Shown here piece after piece: positions 1 through 13,369 of a stretch of DNA of 64,000 nucleotides (positions are counted from its first letter, which is position 1; each line of letters starts with the position of its first letter). The position numbers were made by a program, and so were the translations under genes. Source of the DNA: Mobula hypostoma (lineage: Eukaryota); NCBI RefSeq assembly GCF_963921235.1, contig NC_086097.1:247878001-247942000 (forward strand), written 5' to 3'. A model generated the notes under the pieces. It was not told the origin of the DNA and ran no database searches. It saw nothing but the letters and a program-made list of their open reading frames with translations.

Positions 1-99
1 TTGATTTCATAAGATAGACTCAGTTTTGTAAACTCATTTTCATTTTACCTTCAAATTTAAAAAGAAACAAATTTAACCTCATGAAAGGTTCACAAATCT

Positions 100-590
100 A
101 GTCATAGAGCACTACAGCACAGAAACAAGCCCTTTGGTCCATCTAGTCTGTGCTAAACTATTACTCTTCCTAGTCCAATCAATCTCCACCTGGCCCATAG
201 CCCTCCATACCCTTCCCATCCATGTACCTGTGCAATGTTCTCTTAAATGTTGCAGTCAGACCTGTATCCAGCACTTCCACTGGCAGCTCGTTCCACACTC
301 TCACCACCCTCTGAGTGAGGAAGAAAGTCCCACATCAGGTTCCCCTTTAACATTTCTCCTTTCACCTTTAACCCATGACCTCTAGTACTGGCCTCACCCA
401 ACCTCAGTGGAAAATCTCTGTTTACATTTACCCTATCTATACCTCACATAATTCTGTATACCTCTATCAAATCTCCCCCCATTCTCATATGCTGTATGGA
501 ATAAAGTCCTGTCCTTTTCAACCATTCCCGTTAATTTAGGCCCTCAATACCAAACAACATCCTGGTTAATTTTCACTGTACTGTTTCAAA
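100..590 (-). mobile_element. CR1 LINE 3' fragment
   Basis: Reverse complement of the CR1 ORF2 C-terminus and 3' UTR seen in other copies. Confidence 0.8.
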
Positions 591-606
591 CTTATGAGTC
601 TTGCAC

Positions 607-722
607 CAAGTGGCCACTTTAATAGGTACACATGTACACTTGCTCGCTAATGCAAATATCTAATCAATCAATCATATGGCAGCAATTTCAATCATAAAAG
701 CATGCAGACATGGTCATGAGAT
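607..722 (+). mobile_element. Tc1-like element, left-end fragment
   Basis: AGTGGCCACTTTAATAGGTACAC TIR-like start, homologous to the copies at 6887 and 51606. Confidence 0.7.
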
Positions 723-1397
723 TCAGTCCAAATTACTCAGTGTGACAGGCATTTATTTTTGAGAGAGCTCGTTGGATAGCAACCTCAATAGAGATGACAG
801 AGTCTAATATAATGAAATGTGCTCATCCCTAATCATCAATGCTGTGCACACTTCCAGAGCCATTGTTATTTTTAAAACACTACAGCTCAATACAGGCCCT
901 TCAGCCCACAATATTATGCCAACCTTTTAACAAACTCTGAGATCAATCTAACCCTTCTCTCCTGTTGTAACTGTGGAGCTAATGGATATAGAAGTTTATT
1001 CAGAACGAAGAGCGGCTATTCAAGACACTCTCAGAAGAAGAGGCCTGCTCAACCCAATATTACATGACAATTTTATAGTTACAGTATATATACAATGCTT
1101 CCTTTGAATTGCATATAATTTTCAAATATCTCCTTCCTTGCACCCACACTCCCGACACTCAAAATGAATGTTAATCTCCACTAACTTTTGTTTAAGATTC
1201 TGTGTGTTACTTTTTTTTTGCCATTTTCAAGAATTTTTCTTTCCTTCACATATTTGGTGTTTGATGTTTTTCTTTGAATGGATTCCACGGTGTTTCTTTG
1301 TTGTGTGGCTGTCTGCGGGAAGATGAATTTCAGGGTTGTATACCGCATACATACTTTGTAATAATAAATGTACTTTATATGTCACCATATGCCATAT

Positions 1398-4300
1398 GGA
1401 ATTGATAGCTTTGTGGCTAAGTTTGCAGATGACACGAAGATAGGTGTATTGGTAGGTAGTGCTGAGGAAGCAATGTGATTGCTGAAGGACTTAGACAGAT
1501 TGGAAGAATGGACATAAAAGTGGCAGATGGAATACAGTGTTGGGAAATGTAAGATAATTCATTTTGGTAAAAGGAACTAAAGTGCAGATTATTATCTAAA
1601 TGGGGAGAAAATTCAAACATCTTAGGTGCAAAGGGACTTGGGAGTCTTCATGCAAGACTCCCAGAAGGTTAATTTACAGGTTGAGTCTGTGGTAAAGAAG
1701 GGAAATGGAATATTGGCATTTATTTCAAGGGGAATAGAATATAAAAGCAGAGAGATAATGCTGAGGCTTCATAAGACACTAGTCACATCGCACTTGGAGC
1801 ATCATCAACAGTTTTGGGCCCCATATCTCAGAAAGTTTAGAAACATAGAAAATAGGTGCAGGAGTAGGCCATTCAGCCCTTCGAGCCTGCACCGCCATTC
1901 AGTATGATCATGGCTGATCATCCAACTCAGAACCTTGTACCTGCCTTCCCTCCATACCCCCGATTCCTTTAGCCACAAAGGCCATATCTAACTCCCTCTT
2001 AAATATAGCCAATGAACTGGCCTCAACTGTTTCCTGTGGCAGAGTATTCCACAAATTCACCACTCTCTGTGTGAAGAAATCTTTCCTAATCTCGGTCCTA
2101 AAAGGCTTCCCCTTTATCCTCAAACTGTGACCCCTCATTCTGGACTTCCCCAACATCGGGAACAATCTTCCTGCATCTAGCCTGTCCAATCCCTTTAGTA
2201 TTTTATATGTTTCAATAAGATCCCCCCTCAGTCTTCTAAATTCCAACGAATATAAGCCTAGTCGATCCAGTCTTTCATCATATGAAAGTCCTGCCATCCC
2301 AGGAATCAATCTGGTGAACCTTCTTTGTACTCCCTCCATGGCAAGGATGTCTTTCCTCAGATTAGGGGACCAAAACTGCACACAATACTCCAGGTGTGGT
2401 CTCACCAAGGCTTTGTACAACTGCAGTAGTACCTCCCTGCTCCTGTACTCGAATCCTCTTGCTGTGAATGCCAGCATACCATTCGCCTTTTTCACCGCCT
2501 GCTGTACCTGCATGCCCACTTTCAATGACTGGTGTATAATGACACCCAGGTCTCGTTGCACCTCCCCTTTTCCTAATTGGCCACCATTCAGATAATAATC
2601 TGTTTTCCTGTTTTTGCCACCAAAGTGGATAACCTCACATTTATCCACATTAAATTGCACCTGCCATGAACTTGCCCACTCACCTAACCTATCCAAGTCA
2701 CCCTGCATCCTCTTAGCATCCTCCTCACAGCTAACACTGCCACCCAGCTTCGTGTCATCTGCAAACTTGGAGATGCTGCATTTAATTCCCTCACCTAAGT
2801 CATTAATATATATTGTAAACAACTTGGGTCCCAGCACTGAGCCTTGCGGTACCCCACTAGTCACTGCCTGCCATTCTGAAAAAGTCCCGTTTATTCCCAC
2901 TCTTTGCTTCCTGTCTGCCAACCAATTCTCTATCCACATCAATACCTTACCCCCAATACCGTGTGCTTTAAGTTTGCACACTAATCTCCTGTGTGGGACT
3001 TTGTCAAAAGCCTTTTGAAAATCCAAATATACCACATCCACTGGTTCTCCCCTATCCACTCGACTAGTTACATCCTCAAAGAATTCTATGAGATTCGTCA
3101 GACATGATTTTCCTTTCACAAATCCATGCTGACTTTGTCCGATGATTTCACCGCTTTCCAAATGTGCTGTTATCACATCCTTGATAACTGACTCCAGCAG
3201 TTTCCCCACCACCGACATTAGGCTAACCGGTCTATAATTCCCCGGTTTCTCTCTCCCTCCTTTTTAAAAAAGTGGGGTTACATTAGCCACCCTCCAATCC
3301 TCAGGAACAAGTCCAGAATCTAAAGAGTTTTGAAAAATTATCACTAATGCATCCACTATTTCTTGGGCTACTTCCTTAAGCACTCTGGGATGTAGACTAT
3401 CTGGCCCTGGGGATTTATCTGCCTTTAATCCCTTCAATTTACCAAACACCACTTCCCTTCTAACATGTATTTCCCTCACTTCCTCCATCTCACTGGACCC
3501 TCTGTCCCCTACTATTTCCAGAAGATTATTTATGTCCTCCTTAATGAAGACAGAACCAAAGTAGTTATTCAATTGGTCAGCCATGTCCTTGCTCCCCATA
3601 ATTCGCCTGTTTCTGTCTGTAGGGGACCTACATTTGTCTTAACCAATCTTTTTCTTTTCGCATATCTATAAGAGCTTTTACAGTCAGTTTTTATGTTCCC
3701 TACCAGTTTTCTCTCATAATCTTTTTTCCCCTTCCTAATTAAGCCCTTTGTCCTCCTCTGCTGGACTTTGAATTTCTCCCAGTCCTCAGGTGAGCCACTT
3801 TTTCTGGCTAATTTGTACACTTCTTCTTTGGAATTGATACTATCCCTAATTTCCCTTGTCAGCCACGGGTGCACTACCTTCCTTGATTTATTCTTTTGCC
3901 AAACTGGGATGAACAATTGTTGTAGTTCATCCATGCGATCTTTAAATGCTTGCCATTGCATATCCACTGTCAACCCTTTAAGTGTCATTTGCCAGTCTAT
4001 CCTAGCTAATTCACGTTTCATACCTTCAAAGTTACCCTTCTTTAAGTTCAGAACCTTTGTTTCTGAATTAACTATGTCACTCTCCACCTTAATGAAGAAT
4101 TCCACCATATTGTCTTGGAGAGAGTCTGGAGGAGGTTCACAAGGATGATTCTGGGAATGAAGGAGTTAACTTGTGAGGAGTGTCTGGCAGCTTTGGGCCT
4201 GTACTCACTGGAATGCATGGGAATCTCACTGAATGTCGAAAGGACTCTATATGGTGGGGATGTCCAAAACTGAGGTGTAACCCTTTAGAACAGAGGTAAG

Positions 4301-4540
4301 GAGGAGTTTTTTTTTCGGCAGAGAGTAGTGAATCTGTGGAATGCTCTGCCACAGACTGTGGTGGAGGCCCAGACCGTGAGTATGTTTAAACCAAACAATT
4401 GATCGGTCAGGGCATAAAAGGCTATGGTGAGAAGGCAGGTGTATGGTTTTGAGTGGGATCCGGGTTCAGCCAAGATGGAATGGTGGAGCAGACTTGATGT
4501 GCTGAATGCCCTAATCCTGCTCCTATGTCTTAAGGTCTTG
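1398..4540 (+). mobile_element. Older CR1 LINE (1398-1835 + 4110-4540) split by a younger CR1
   Basis: Decayed FADD..QRDLGV..QFWAPYLRK sequence stops at 1835 and resumes after 4110, ending in a CR1 tail. Confidence 0.8.
1836..4110 (-). mobile_element. Young 5'-truncated CR1 LINE; RT fragment ORF at 1908-3218, frameshifted upstream
   Basis: [40 protein letters not shown] motifs; TTTCTATG tail; near-identical to 62969-64000 and 61548-61709. Confidence 0.95.
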
Positions 4541-5714
4541 TACATCTCTGATTTTAATTTTCTTGTGGGCATAATCAATAAATATATAGAATAACAAAAT
4601 CAATGAAAGACCACCCAACTAGGGTGTTCAACCGGAATGCAAAAGATGATAAACTGCGCAAATGCTAAAAGAAGAAATAATAATAATAAATAAATAAGCA
4701 ATAAATACTGAGAACATGAGATGGTTGGAACATTTCAATGGTGGGGCAAGTGAAGTTGAATGAAGTTAGCACCACTGGTTCAAGACCCTGATGGTTGAAG
4801 TGTTCCTGAACCTGGTGGTGTGAGTCTTGAGATTCCTGAACCTTTTTTCTGATGGTAGCAGTGAGAAGAGAGCACAGCCTCGGTGGTGGGGGTCCCTGAT
4901 GTTGGATGCTGCTATCCTGTGACAGCTTTTCGTGTAGGTGTGCTCAGTGGTGGGGAGATCTTTACCTGTGAGGGACTGGGTTAGTTCTAGGGCCGATACT
5001 GAAGGTCAAAGCATGAAAGTCGATTACAAGTTCAGAGCTGGCAGCCCAATGGCCGAAGCTGTAGAAATCTGCAGCTATTAGGGAGTCAGAGGCCCAGTGT
5101 CTGAGATTCTGCGAGGCCAGTGGAGGCTGCAGGCCGTGAAGGTGCCTGATCTGCAGTTAAATACTGTCTGTGTGGGTTTGAGTGGGTTTATGGGTGGATG
5201 GGGGGTGAGGAAAAGGGCTTGTTTTGCTGTGGTTGTTTTGTTGTGTTCTATGTTGTTCTCCCATGCATTGGGGGCATGCTGGGGGCATCCCCAGCTACAC
5301 ATCCTTAGAAATAATAATAATTATTATCAAGTCAGCAATAAATATTGAGAACATGAGATGGAGGGTCTTAGAAAGTGAGTCCATGGTTTGTGGGAACAGT
5401 TCAGTGATGAGCCAAGTGAAGTTTGGTGAAGTTGTCCCCTCTGGTTGAGGGTAATAACTGTTCCTGAATTTGGTGGTGTGGGTCCTGAGGCTCCTGTACC
5501 TCCTTCCTGATGGCAGCAGTGAGAAGGGATCATGTCCTGGGTGGTGGGGGCCCTGATGATGGATGCTGTTTTTGGGTGTGTTGGTCGTTAGCACAAGCAA
5601 CACATTTCACTTTATGTTTTGAAGCATATATGACACATAAATGAATCTGAGACATTTGCTCAAAGCTCCCAGGTTCTCAACGTTAGATGGTCATCTTGTT
5701 TTCTTCACATCCCA

Positions 5715-6452
5715 TTGTGAAGTGATTCATTTTGGAAGGTTGAATTTGAAGGCAGAATGCAGGGTTTAATGGTCAGATTCATGGCAGTGTGGAGGAACTG
5801 AAGGATCTTGGGATCCATGTCTGTAGACCCCTCAAAGTTCCCGAGCAAGTTGACAGGGTGATTAAGAAGCTGTATGCTACGTTGGCCTTCACTAGTCAAG
5901 GGATTCATTTCACGAGCTTCAGGGTAATGTTGTAGCTCTATAAAACTCTGGTTTGACCACTCTTGGAGTATTGTGTTCAGTTCTGGTTAGCTCATAATAG
6001 GAAGGATGTGGAAGCTTTGGTGAGGATGCAGAGAAGATTTACCAGGATGCTGCCTGGATTATGTCATATAAAGATAGCTTTTCTCTTTGGAGTGAAGGAG
6101 GATGAACGTGACTTGATAGAAGTGTACAAGATGATAAGAGGCATAGATCAAGTGGACAGCCAGAGATTTTTTTTCCAAGGCGGTAATGGCTAATATGAGG
6201 GGGCATTGTATAAGATGATTTTAGGAAAGTATAGGGGGAATGTCAGAGGTAAGATTTTTTACACAGAGTGTTGGGTACATGGAACCTGCCAGGAGTGATT
6301 GTGGAGGCTGATACATAAGGGGTACATTGATGACAGAACACTGGAGGGCTATATAGGAGCGAAGGGTGAGATTGATCTTCGAGTAGGTTAAAAGGTCATT
6401 TTAATGCCGTGGGCCAAAGAACCTGTACTGTGCTACAATGTTCTATGTTTTG
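5715..6452 (+). mobile_element. CR1 LINE 3' fragment
   Basis: EYCVQFW, QRRFTRMLPG motifs and a TTCTATG tail. Confidence 0.85.
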
Positions 6453-7299
6453 TGTTCTATTTTCACTGTCTTCTACTGCACTCTCTCCAAAATATAATGC
6501 TTCTTCGGATGCAGCAAGTCCTGCCCTCTGCTTATTCTGACAGTCAGGCAGTATCCCATTGGGATGTCTAAAAATTCGCCTAATAGCTTTGCAGAAGATT
6601 AAAGCCAATAAAAACTCCCTTGACACTTGTCACATCACTCCCTGCAGACTTATGGAACGTGGAACAGCTTCAGAAAGTACCAAAGACTTAGAATAGTCGT
6701 ACAGGCCATCTCTGGGTAATGAGCAGGGTCTGTTTTTACAGATATTCATAAGTCAGAAAATACACAAAAATATCTCAATAGTATTATATTGACTGGAATT
6801 AAAGCACGTCAAACTGATTAGAAAGAACAATTACAAAAAGTGGAGGGAGGTAGGAAACCAGTTCTGCTATTTGAACGTACGCATATTCACTGATGGGTCA
6901 CTTTAATTGTAGCCCTGTACACCCGTCTTTAACGCAAATATCTAATCAGCCAATCATCTGACGGCTGCTCAGTGCAAAAAACCATACAGACATGGTCCAA
7001 GAGGTTCAGTTGTTCAATCCAAACTACGGAATGGGGAAGAAATGTGATCTAAGTGACTTTTACTGTGGAATGGTTGCTGGTGCCAGATGGGGTGGTTTTG
7101 GGTATCTCAGAAACTGTTGATCTCTTGGGGTTTCAAGATTAAGGATTCAAAGTTGTTTAATGGTCATTTCCAGTACAAGTGTAAAGGAAAATATAATAAT
7201 TGCTACTGTGGATCTGACACACCACACAAAAAAAAACACAATAAGATAAAGAACAAAGCAATGATAATAATAGTATCTATACAAAACTACGGAAAGCCA

Positions 7300-8320
7300 C
7301 AATACAAAACACACCAGATTAGTCCGAAAGTTCCTAGCAATTGAGAAATAACTGTGTTTGGCTCTGCCCATACCTTAGGTTTTATCAGTTTGAGCCGAGA
7401 CAAAAGTAAATAATAATAATAATATAGGATAAACAAGTAAGAACAACTTACTTAATATACATAACCATTCCAAACACACATTTAACAGACAGACGTGAAA
7501 GCACAGAGGAACATCTTGAGAAATTTCTGAAACGCCCGTTCGCTGCTGTCGTTACTGCGTGATCGAGAATCTTCTGGAGGGAAGGCCTCAAAATCCCCGG
7601 CTTTGCCTGCTGCTGGCAACCGAGATTGAGGTCGAATCGTTCAGATAGAGATGATGCTCGGTACTCAGTATCGGAGGGCTGATCAGAGCTTGAAGTTTTC
7701 GGACGACTCAGAGTCGGACTGTGGTCGGGCATGGCAGGGAGAGTTTTCTTGCTTCTCCCGTCTGTGTGAGATGTGGGACTTTCGAGAGACTTTGAACTTT
7801 TTACTGTGCTCATGGACTGTTCTTCATCAAGTTATGGTATTGTTGCACTGTTGTAACTAGATGTTATAATTACGTGGTTTTGTTAGTTTTTTCAGTCTTG
7901 GTCTGTCCTGTATTTTGTGATATCACACCGGAGGAATATTGTATCATTTATTAATGCATGCATTACTAAATGACAATAAAAGAGGACTGTGTGTCTTCAT
8001 AATCTAATCTAAAACATACAGAAATCAATAAGTGAAAAACACTGGAAATATGCTGAATTAAAAGAGGAAATTGAAAGAGCTTGGAACATGAACAGGGTAT
8101 ATATCGTCCCAATGGAAATATCTACAACTGGTATCATCCCAAAGGCACTACACATTAGACAATTAGACCTACACAGCAATATCTATGTAAATCTCCAGAA
8201 AGCCACAACACTAGCACCACTAGAATAGTCCAAAAATTCCTAGAAACTGACAAATGAGTGTGCTTGGTTATGCCTGTACCTCAGGTTTTATCAGTTTGAG
8301 CTTAGAAAAAAATAAATTGA
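7300..8320 (+). mobile_element. R4/Dong-clade retrotransposon 3' fragments (7300-7425; 7428-7481 + 8012-8320)
   Basis: Joined translation DKQVRTTYLIYITIPNTH|NIQKSISEKHWKYAELKEEIERAW...NLQKATTL/TTRIVQKFL resembles a restriction-like endonuclease C-terminus; (TAA)n tail on the first fragment. Confidence 0.75.
7485..8011 (+). mobile_element. 5'-truncated copy of the ~650-bp (AATCT)n-tailed SINE-like family
   Basis: Homologous to 17024-17677 and 43775-44438; ends CATAATCTAATCTA. Confidence 0.85.
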
Positions 8321-9239
8321 AATAAGATAAAAAGCACAATAAATATAAATATATAAGATAGCTTGTACACATAAATTGATTGTATGTCCATAAAGTGAAG
8401 CTATGTCCCGGAGTGTTGGTACATAAGGTTTCTCTGACTGGAAATGATAAAGTAGTGGTGGCTGGGGGTGTGGTGGGGTGGGTTAGTGGGTGGAGGCATT
8501 GATCAGCCTTACTGCTTGGGGAGAGTAACTGTTTTTGAGTCTGGTGGTCCTGGTGTGGATGCTATGTAGCCTCCTTCCTGATGGGAGTGAGACAAACAGT
8601 CCATGCGCAGGGTGGATGGGAACGTTCATGATGTTAAAGGCCCTTTTCCAGCACTCTTCTGTGTATAGTATGCCCTTGATGATAGGTAGGCTGGAGCTGG
8701 CGATGCATTAGGCAGTTTGGTTCATCTGTTGTCGAGTCTTCCAGCCCGCAGCAGGGCAGTTTCCGTACCAAGCAGGCATGCAGCTTCTTGGGATACTCTC
8801 TACTGAAGAAGTGTACAACGATGCACAACAGCCTCTAGAGTTTAAAGAGAATGGTGCGAAAAGCCAAAAAAAAACATCCAGTGAGTGGCAGTTCTTTGGA
8901 CAAAAAATGCCTTGCTAGAGGAGAATGGGCAGACTGGTTCACGCTGACAGGAAGGCGACAGTAACTCAAATAACCACATGTTACAACAGTGGTGTGCAGA
9001 AGAGCATCTCTGGATGCACAACACGTCGAACCTTGAAATGGATGGGCTACAGCAGCAGAAGATCACAAACTCACACTCCTACTCAGTAGCCACTTTATTA
9101 GCTACGGGAGCTACCCAATAAAGAGGCCACTGAGTGTATTGTTGTTGCTCCGCTCTGAGCCTTGTGGGGCATTGGGAGGCAACTTTGCTGTTTCTTTAGC
9201 ATTTGTTATGAGGCTGAGTTGCCAGCTTCAGGTGCTAGC

Positions 9240-11125
9240 CAACCAAAGGTAACTAAAAAGTGAAAAGAAGGGAAAAGGCTAAATATGAAGGCAGACTAGC
9301 CAATAATATAAAGCAGGATACCAGAAGTTATTTCCATTATATAAAGAGTTAAAGGGAAGTGAGAGTTGATGTTGGACCTCTGGAAAATGATGCTGGTGAG
9401 GTAGTAATGGGGGATAAAGAAATGGCAGGTGAACTTAATGGGTACTTTGCATCAGTCTTCATTGTGGAAGACACCAGCAGTGTGCCAGAGGTCCGTGAGT
9501 GTCAGGGATCAGGAGTTGGTGTAATTGCTATTACAAAGGAAAAAGTGCCAGGCAAACTCAAATATTTTAAGGTTAAGTCAACTGGACCATATAGACTACA
9601 TCCCAGAGTCCTGAGAGCGGTTGCTGCTGAGATAACAGATGCGTTGGTCATGATCTTTCAAGAATCACTTGATTCTGGCATGGTCCCGGAGGACTGGAAG
9701 ATTGCAAGTATCACTCCACTCTTTACAAAGGGAGGAAAGAAATTATAGGCCAGTTAGCTTAACTTCAGAGGTTAGGAAAGTGTTGGAGTGAATTATTAAG
9801 GATCAGCTTTTAAGCTACTTGGAGACTAATGATAAAATAAGTCAAAGTCAGCATGGTTTCTGTAAAGGGAAATCTTGCCTGACAAATCTGTTAGAGCTCT
9901 TCAAAGAAGTAACAAGCAGGGTGGACAAAGGAGAGGTAGTGGATGTCATTTACTGGGATTTTCAGAAGGCATTTATTAAGGCGTCACACATGAGGCTGCT
10001 TGACAAGACAGAATCCTATGCCATTACAAGAAAGATTCTGGCTGACAGGTAGGAGGCACCAATAAAAGGGGCCTTTTCTGGTTGGCTGCTGGTGACTCGT
10101 GGCATTCCTCAAGGGTCAGTATTGGGACTGCTACTTTTCACATTGCTTGACAAAGATTTGGATAATGGAATTGATGGCTTTGTGGCAATGTTTGCAGATG
10201 ATATGAAGATAGGTGGAGGGGTAGGTAGTGCTGAGGAAGCAATGCGATTACAGCAGGACTTAAGACAAACTGGAAGAATGGGCAAAAAAGTGGCAGATGG
10301 AATACAGTGTTGGGAAATGTATGATAATGCATTTTGGTAAAAGGAAAAATAGTGCAGACTATTATCTAAATGGGGAGAAGGTTCAATCATCAGAGGTGCA
10401 GAGGGACTTAGGAGTCCTCATGCAAGACTCCCAGAAGGTTAATTTACAGGTTGAGTCTGTGATAAAGAAGGCAAATGCAATTTGGCATTTATTTCAAGGG
10501 GAATAGAATATGAAAACAAGGAGATAATGCTGACGCTTTATAAGACAATAGTCACGCTGCACTTGGAGTATTGTCAACAGTTTTGAGCACCATACCCCAT
10601 ATCTCAGAAAGGATGTGTTGTCATTGGAAAAGGTCCAGAGGAGGTCGCGAGGATAATTCCGGGAATGAAGGGGTTAACATATGAGGAGCATTTGGCAGCT
10701 TTGGGCCTGTACTCACTTGCATTTAGAAGAATGCAGAGGATCTCATTGAAACCTACCAGATGTTGACAGGACTAGATAGAGTGGATATGGAGAGCATGTT
10801 TCGTATGGTGGGAGTATCCAGAAGTAGAAGGCACAGCTTCAAAACTGAGGGGCAACCCTTTGGAACAGAGGTAAGAAGGATATTTTTTTAGCCACAGGGT
10901 AGTGAATCTGTGGAATGCTCTGCCGCAGTCTGTAGTGGAGGCCAATTCCTTGAGTGTATTTAAGGCAGAAGTTGATCATTTCCTGATCAATCAGGGCATC
11001 AAAGGATATAGCGAGAAGGCAGATGTATGGGGTTGAGTGGGATCTGGAATCAGCCATGATGGAATGGTGGAGTAGACTAGATGGGCTGAATGGCCTAATT
11101 TGCTCCTATGTCTTATGTTCTTATG
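9240..11125 (+). mobile_element. Decayed CR1 LINE (RT region to 3' end)
   Basis: FASVF, PEDWK, QHGF, PQGSVLG and FADD motifs spread over broken ORFs. Confidence 0.9.
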
Positions 11126-11814
11126 ATGCTCCACCAAGCACAGATGGAAAGCGTGGAAGGAAGTGGCCAGATTCATACCACTCGCTTTGAAGTCCAGTAC
11201 TCTTGCCACTGCTCCATCAGCTTGCCAAGAGTGTAGGTTGGACCTTGTATATTTTATGTGTTGTGTCTTGACTGAATGTTTGTGTCAATGATGCTGCAGG
11301 ATTCTCGTTGTACCTGTAACTCATCGTACTTGTGCATAACAAATAAACTCGACTTAAGTTCAAGATTCATTGATTATCAAAGAATGTATAAATTACCCAA
11401 CTTTGATATTTGCTTGCTCAAGAAACCTGAAAGAACCCAATTAAAAAAAAAACAAATGAAAATAAAAATAAAAGACCAACCCTCGATGTGCAAGAGAAAA
11501 AAAAATAAAAATCATGCAAACAACAATTCTGGTTAAGAAGGCACTATCAAACGTGCACGGCAGCTTCTGGAAGTCAAAAATTTAAGAAATCTAACAAGTT
11601 TCCATAAGTCAGATGTTCTTAATCTGGAAATGGCCAGTGATCAGAGAAAGCAATTATGCTCATCCACTGAGCTCTAAATGCATCTTAAGTTCTTAAATGC
11701 CCCTGATATATTTGCCCCTAAACCATCATTGGGAGGGCAGTCCATGCACTCACCACTCAGTGTAAAAACCTGAGATACAACCCTTCCACTTTCCTTCAAT
11801 CACCTGAAAATTAA

Positions 11815-12078
11815 CCACCCGCCCATTAGCCATTTAACTCTGCCGTGGACGGCGACAAGCCTGGCTGTGATGGGAGGAGGGTTGGGCATGGTGCTAGCAA
11901 CCCCATCCCATAAAAACTCAGCACTACAGAAACGCCAGCAGGAGCTCCTAAGTTCCCATCCCTGGGAGAGAAGGATCTTCACAGAAGGGCTACACCTGGG
12001 GGAAAATCGAAAGACTGGCCCAGGACGGCAAACTCTAGCAAGCTGCTGTTGACGGCCTGTGCCCCAGTAAGTAAGTAT
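11815..12078 (+). mobile_element. Bipartite (internally deleted) RTE-derived element
   Basis: RTE 5'-UTR-like GGGTTGGGCATGG..AACCCCATCCC..AAAAAC..CTACAGAAAC fused to a C-terminal GYTWGKIERLAQD..GLCP segment and a (TAAG)n tail. Confidence 0.6.
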
Positions 12079-12669
12079 ATGAGTCAATTGCACCTTGGGA
12101 AATGGCCTCTGGCTGTGCTCTTGTCCCATTACTGCCATCAGGAAACAGGGACGGGAGCCATAGGTCCCACACCATCAGGTTCAGGGACAGTTGAAGCAGT
12201 GATGCCTCAAAAAACGCAGCATCGATCATTAAGGACCCCCATCACCCAGGTCATGCCTTGTTTTCATTGCTACCGTCAGGGAGGAGGTACAGAAGTGTGT
12301 GAGCACACACTCAGTGATCCAGGAACAGCTTCTTCCCCTCTGCAATCCAATTTCTGAATGGACATTGAACCCATGAACACTGCCTCACTACTTCTTATTT
12401 CCTTTTTTTGCACTAAATATATATTTTTACTGTAATTCTTATCTTTCTCTATTATCATGTGTTGTAATGTACTGCTGTTGCTTCTGAAGCTCCTGAAGTA
12501 GCATGGACAACTTCACTCACATCAACACCACAACCTACAGACGCACTTTCAAGAATTCTTCAACTCGTGATCTCAAAATGTAAACATATTTATTGAGTTC
12601 TTTGCACAATTTGTCTTCTTTTGCGTATTGGATGTTTACTAGTCTTTGTTTATGTCGAGTTTTTCATAA

Positions 12670-13320
12670 AATAAGGCATTGGTTAGATCGCGCTTGGACT
12701 TTTGGGCACCTTATCTTAAAGAATGCTCTGCCTTTGGAGAGGGTCCAGAGGTTCAGAAAAACAATCCCGGTAATGAAAGGGTTAATGTATGAGGAGCGGA
12801 TAAGGCTCTGTCCCTGTACTTGCTACTGTTTAGAAGAATGAGGGGGATCTCATTGAAACCGGTCAAATATTGAAAGGCCTTGATAGAGTGGATGTGAAGA
12901 GGATGTTTCCTATCACAAATATGAGAAAATCTGCAGAGGCTGGAAATCTAAGCAACACACACTGGAGGAACTCAGCAGGCCAGGCAGCATCTATGGAAAA
13001 GAGTAAACAGTCGATTTTTCAGGCAGGGACTAGAGGACGTTTCCTATAGTGGCCCAAGTCCAGGACCAGAGTGCACAGCCTCATAATAGAAGGCCTTCTC
13101 TTTAGAGCACAGAGCATTTAGCCAGAGTGTGGTGAAATTCATTACCACAGATAGCTGTGGAGGCAAGGCATTGGGTATATTTAAAGTAGAGGTTGATAGG
13201 TGCTTGGTGATAGGTAAAGATGTCAAAGGTCACAGAGAATGGGATTGGAAGGGATAATAAATCAGCCATCATGGAATGGTGGAGCAGACTGGGTGGGCTG
13301 AATGGCCATTGTCTTATGTC
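12670..13320 (+). mobile_element. CR1 3' fragment containing a Penelope terminal-repeat fragment (about 12914-13030, minus strand)
   Basis: Host GAGGA(T/C)GTTTCCTAT is duplicated on both sides of the Penelope piece. Confidence 0.7.
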
Positions 13321-13369
13321 TTTCTTTATTTTCCAGTAAATACTTGAAAGAAAGCAAATCTCGAGGTAG

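Larger units (their letters stand above)
6887..9138 (+). mobile_element. Non-autonomous Tc1-like element (6887-7136 + 8820-9138) interrupted by a 1.7-kb nested insertion
   Basis: Transposase N-terminus remnant MGKKCDLSDF..GAR..SETVDLLGF resumes at 8820 (..KWMGYSSRR); right TIR ends GGCCACTGAGTG followed by TA. Confidence 0.8.

Noticed and set aside
963..1200. Possible solo LTR starting TGTTGTAAC
   Set aside because: No matching CA end or TSD could be defined.
6396..6700. Minus-strand ORF in unique DNA as a further divergent exon
   Set aside because: No clear donor site, it runs into a CR1 tail, and the peptide is not recognisable.
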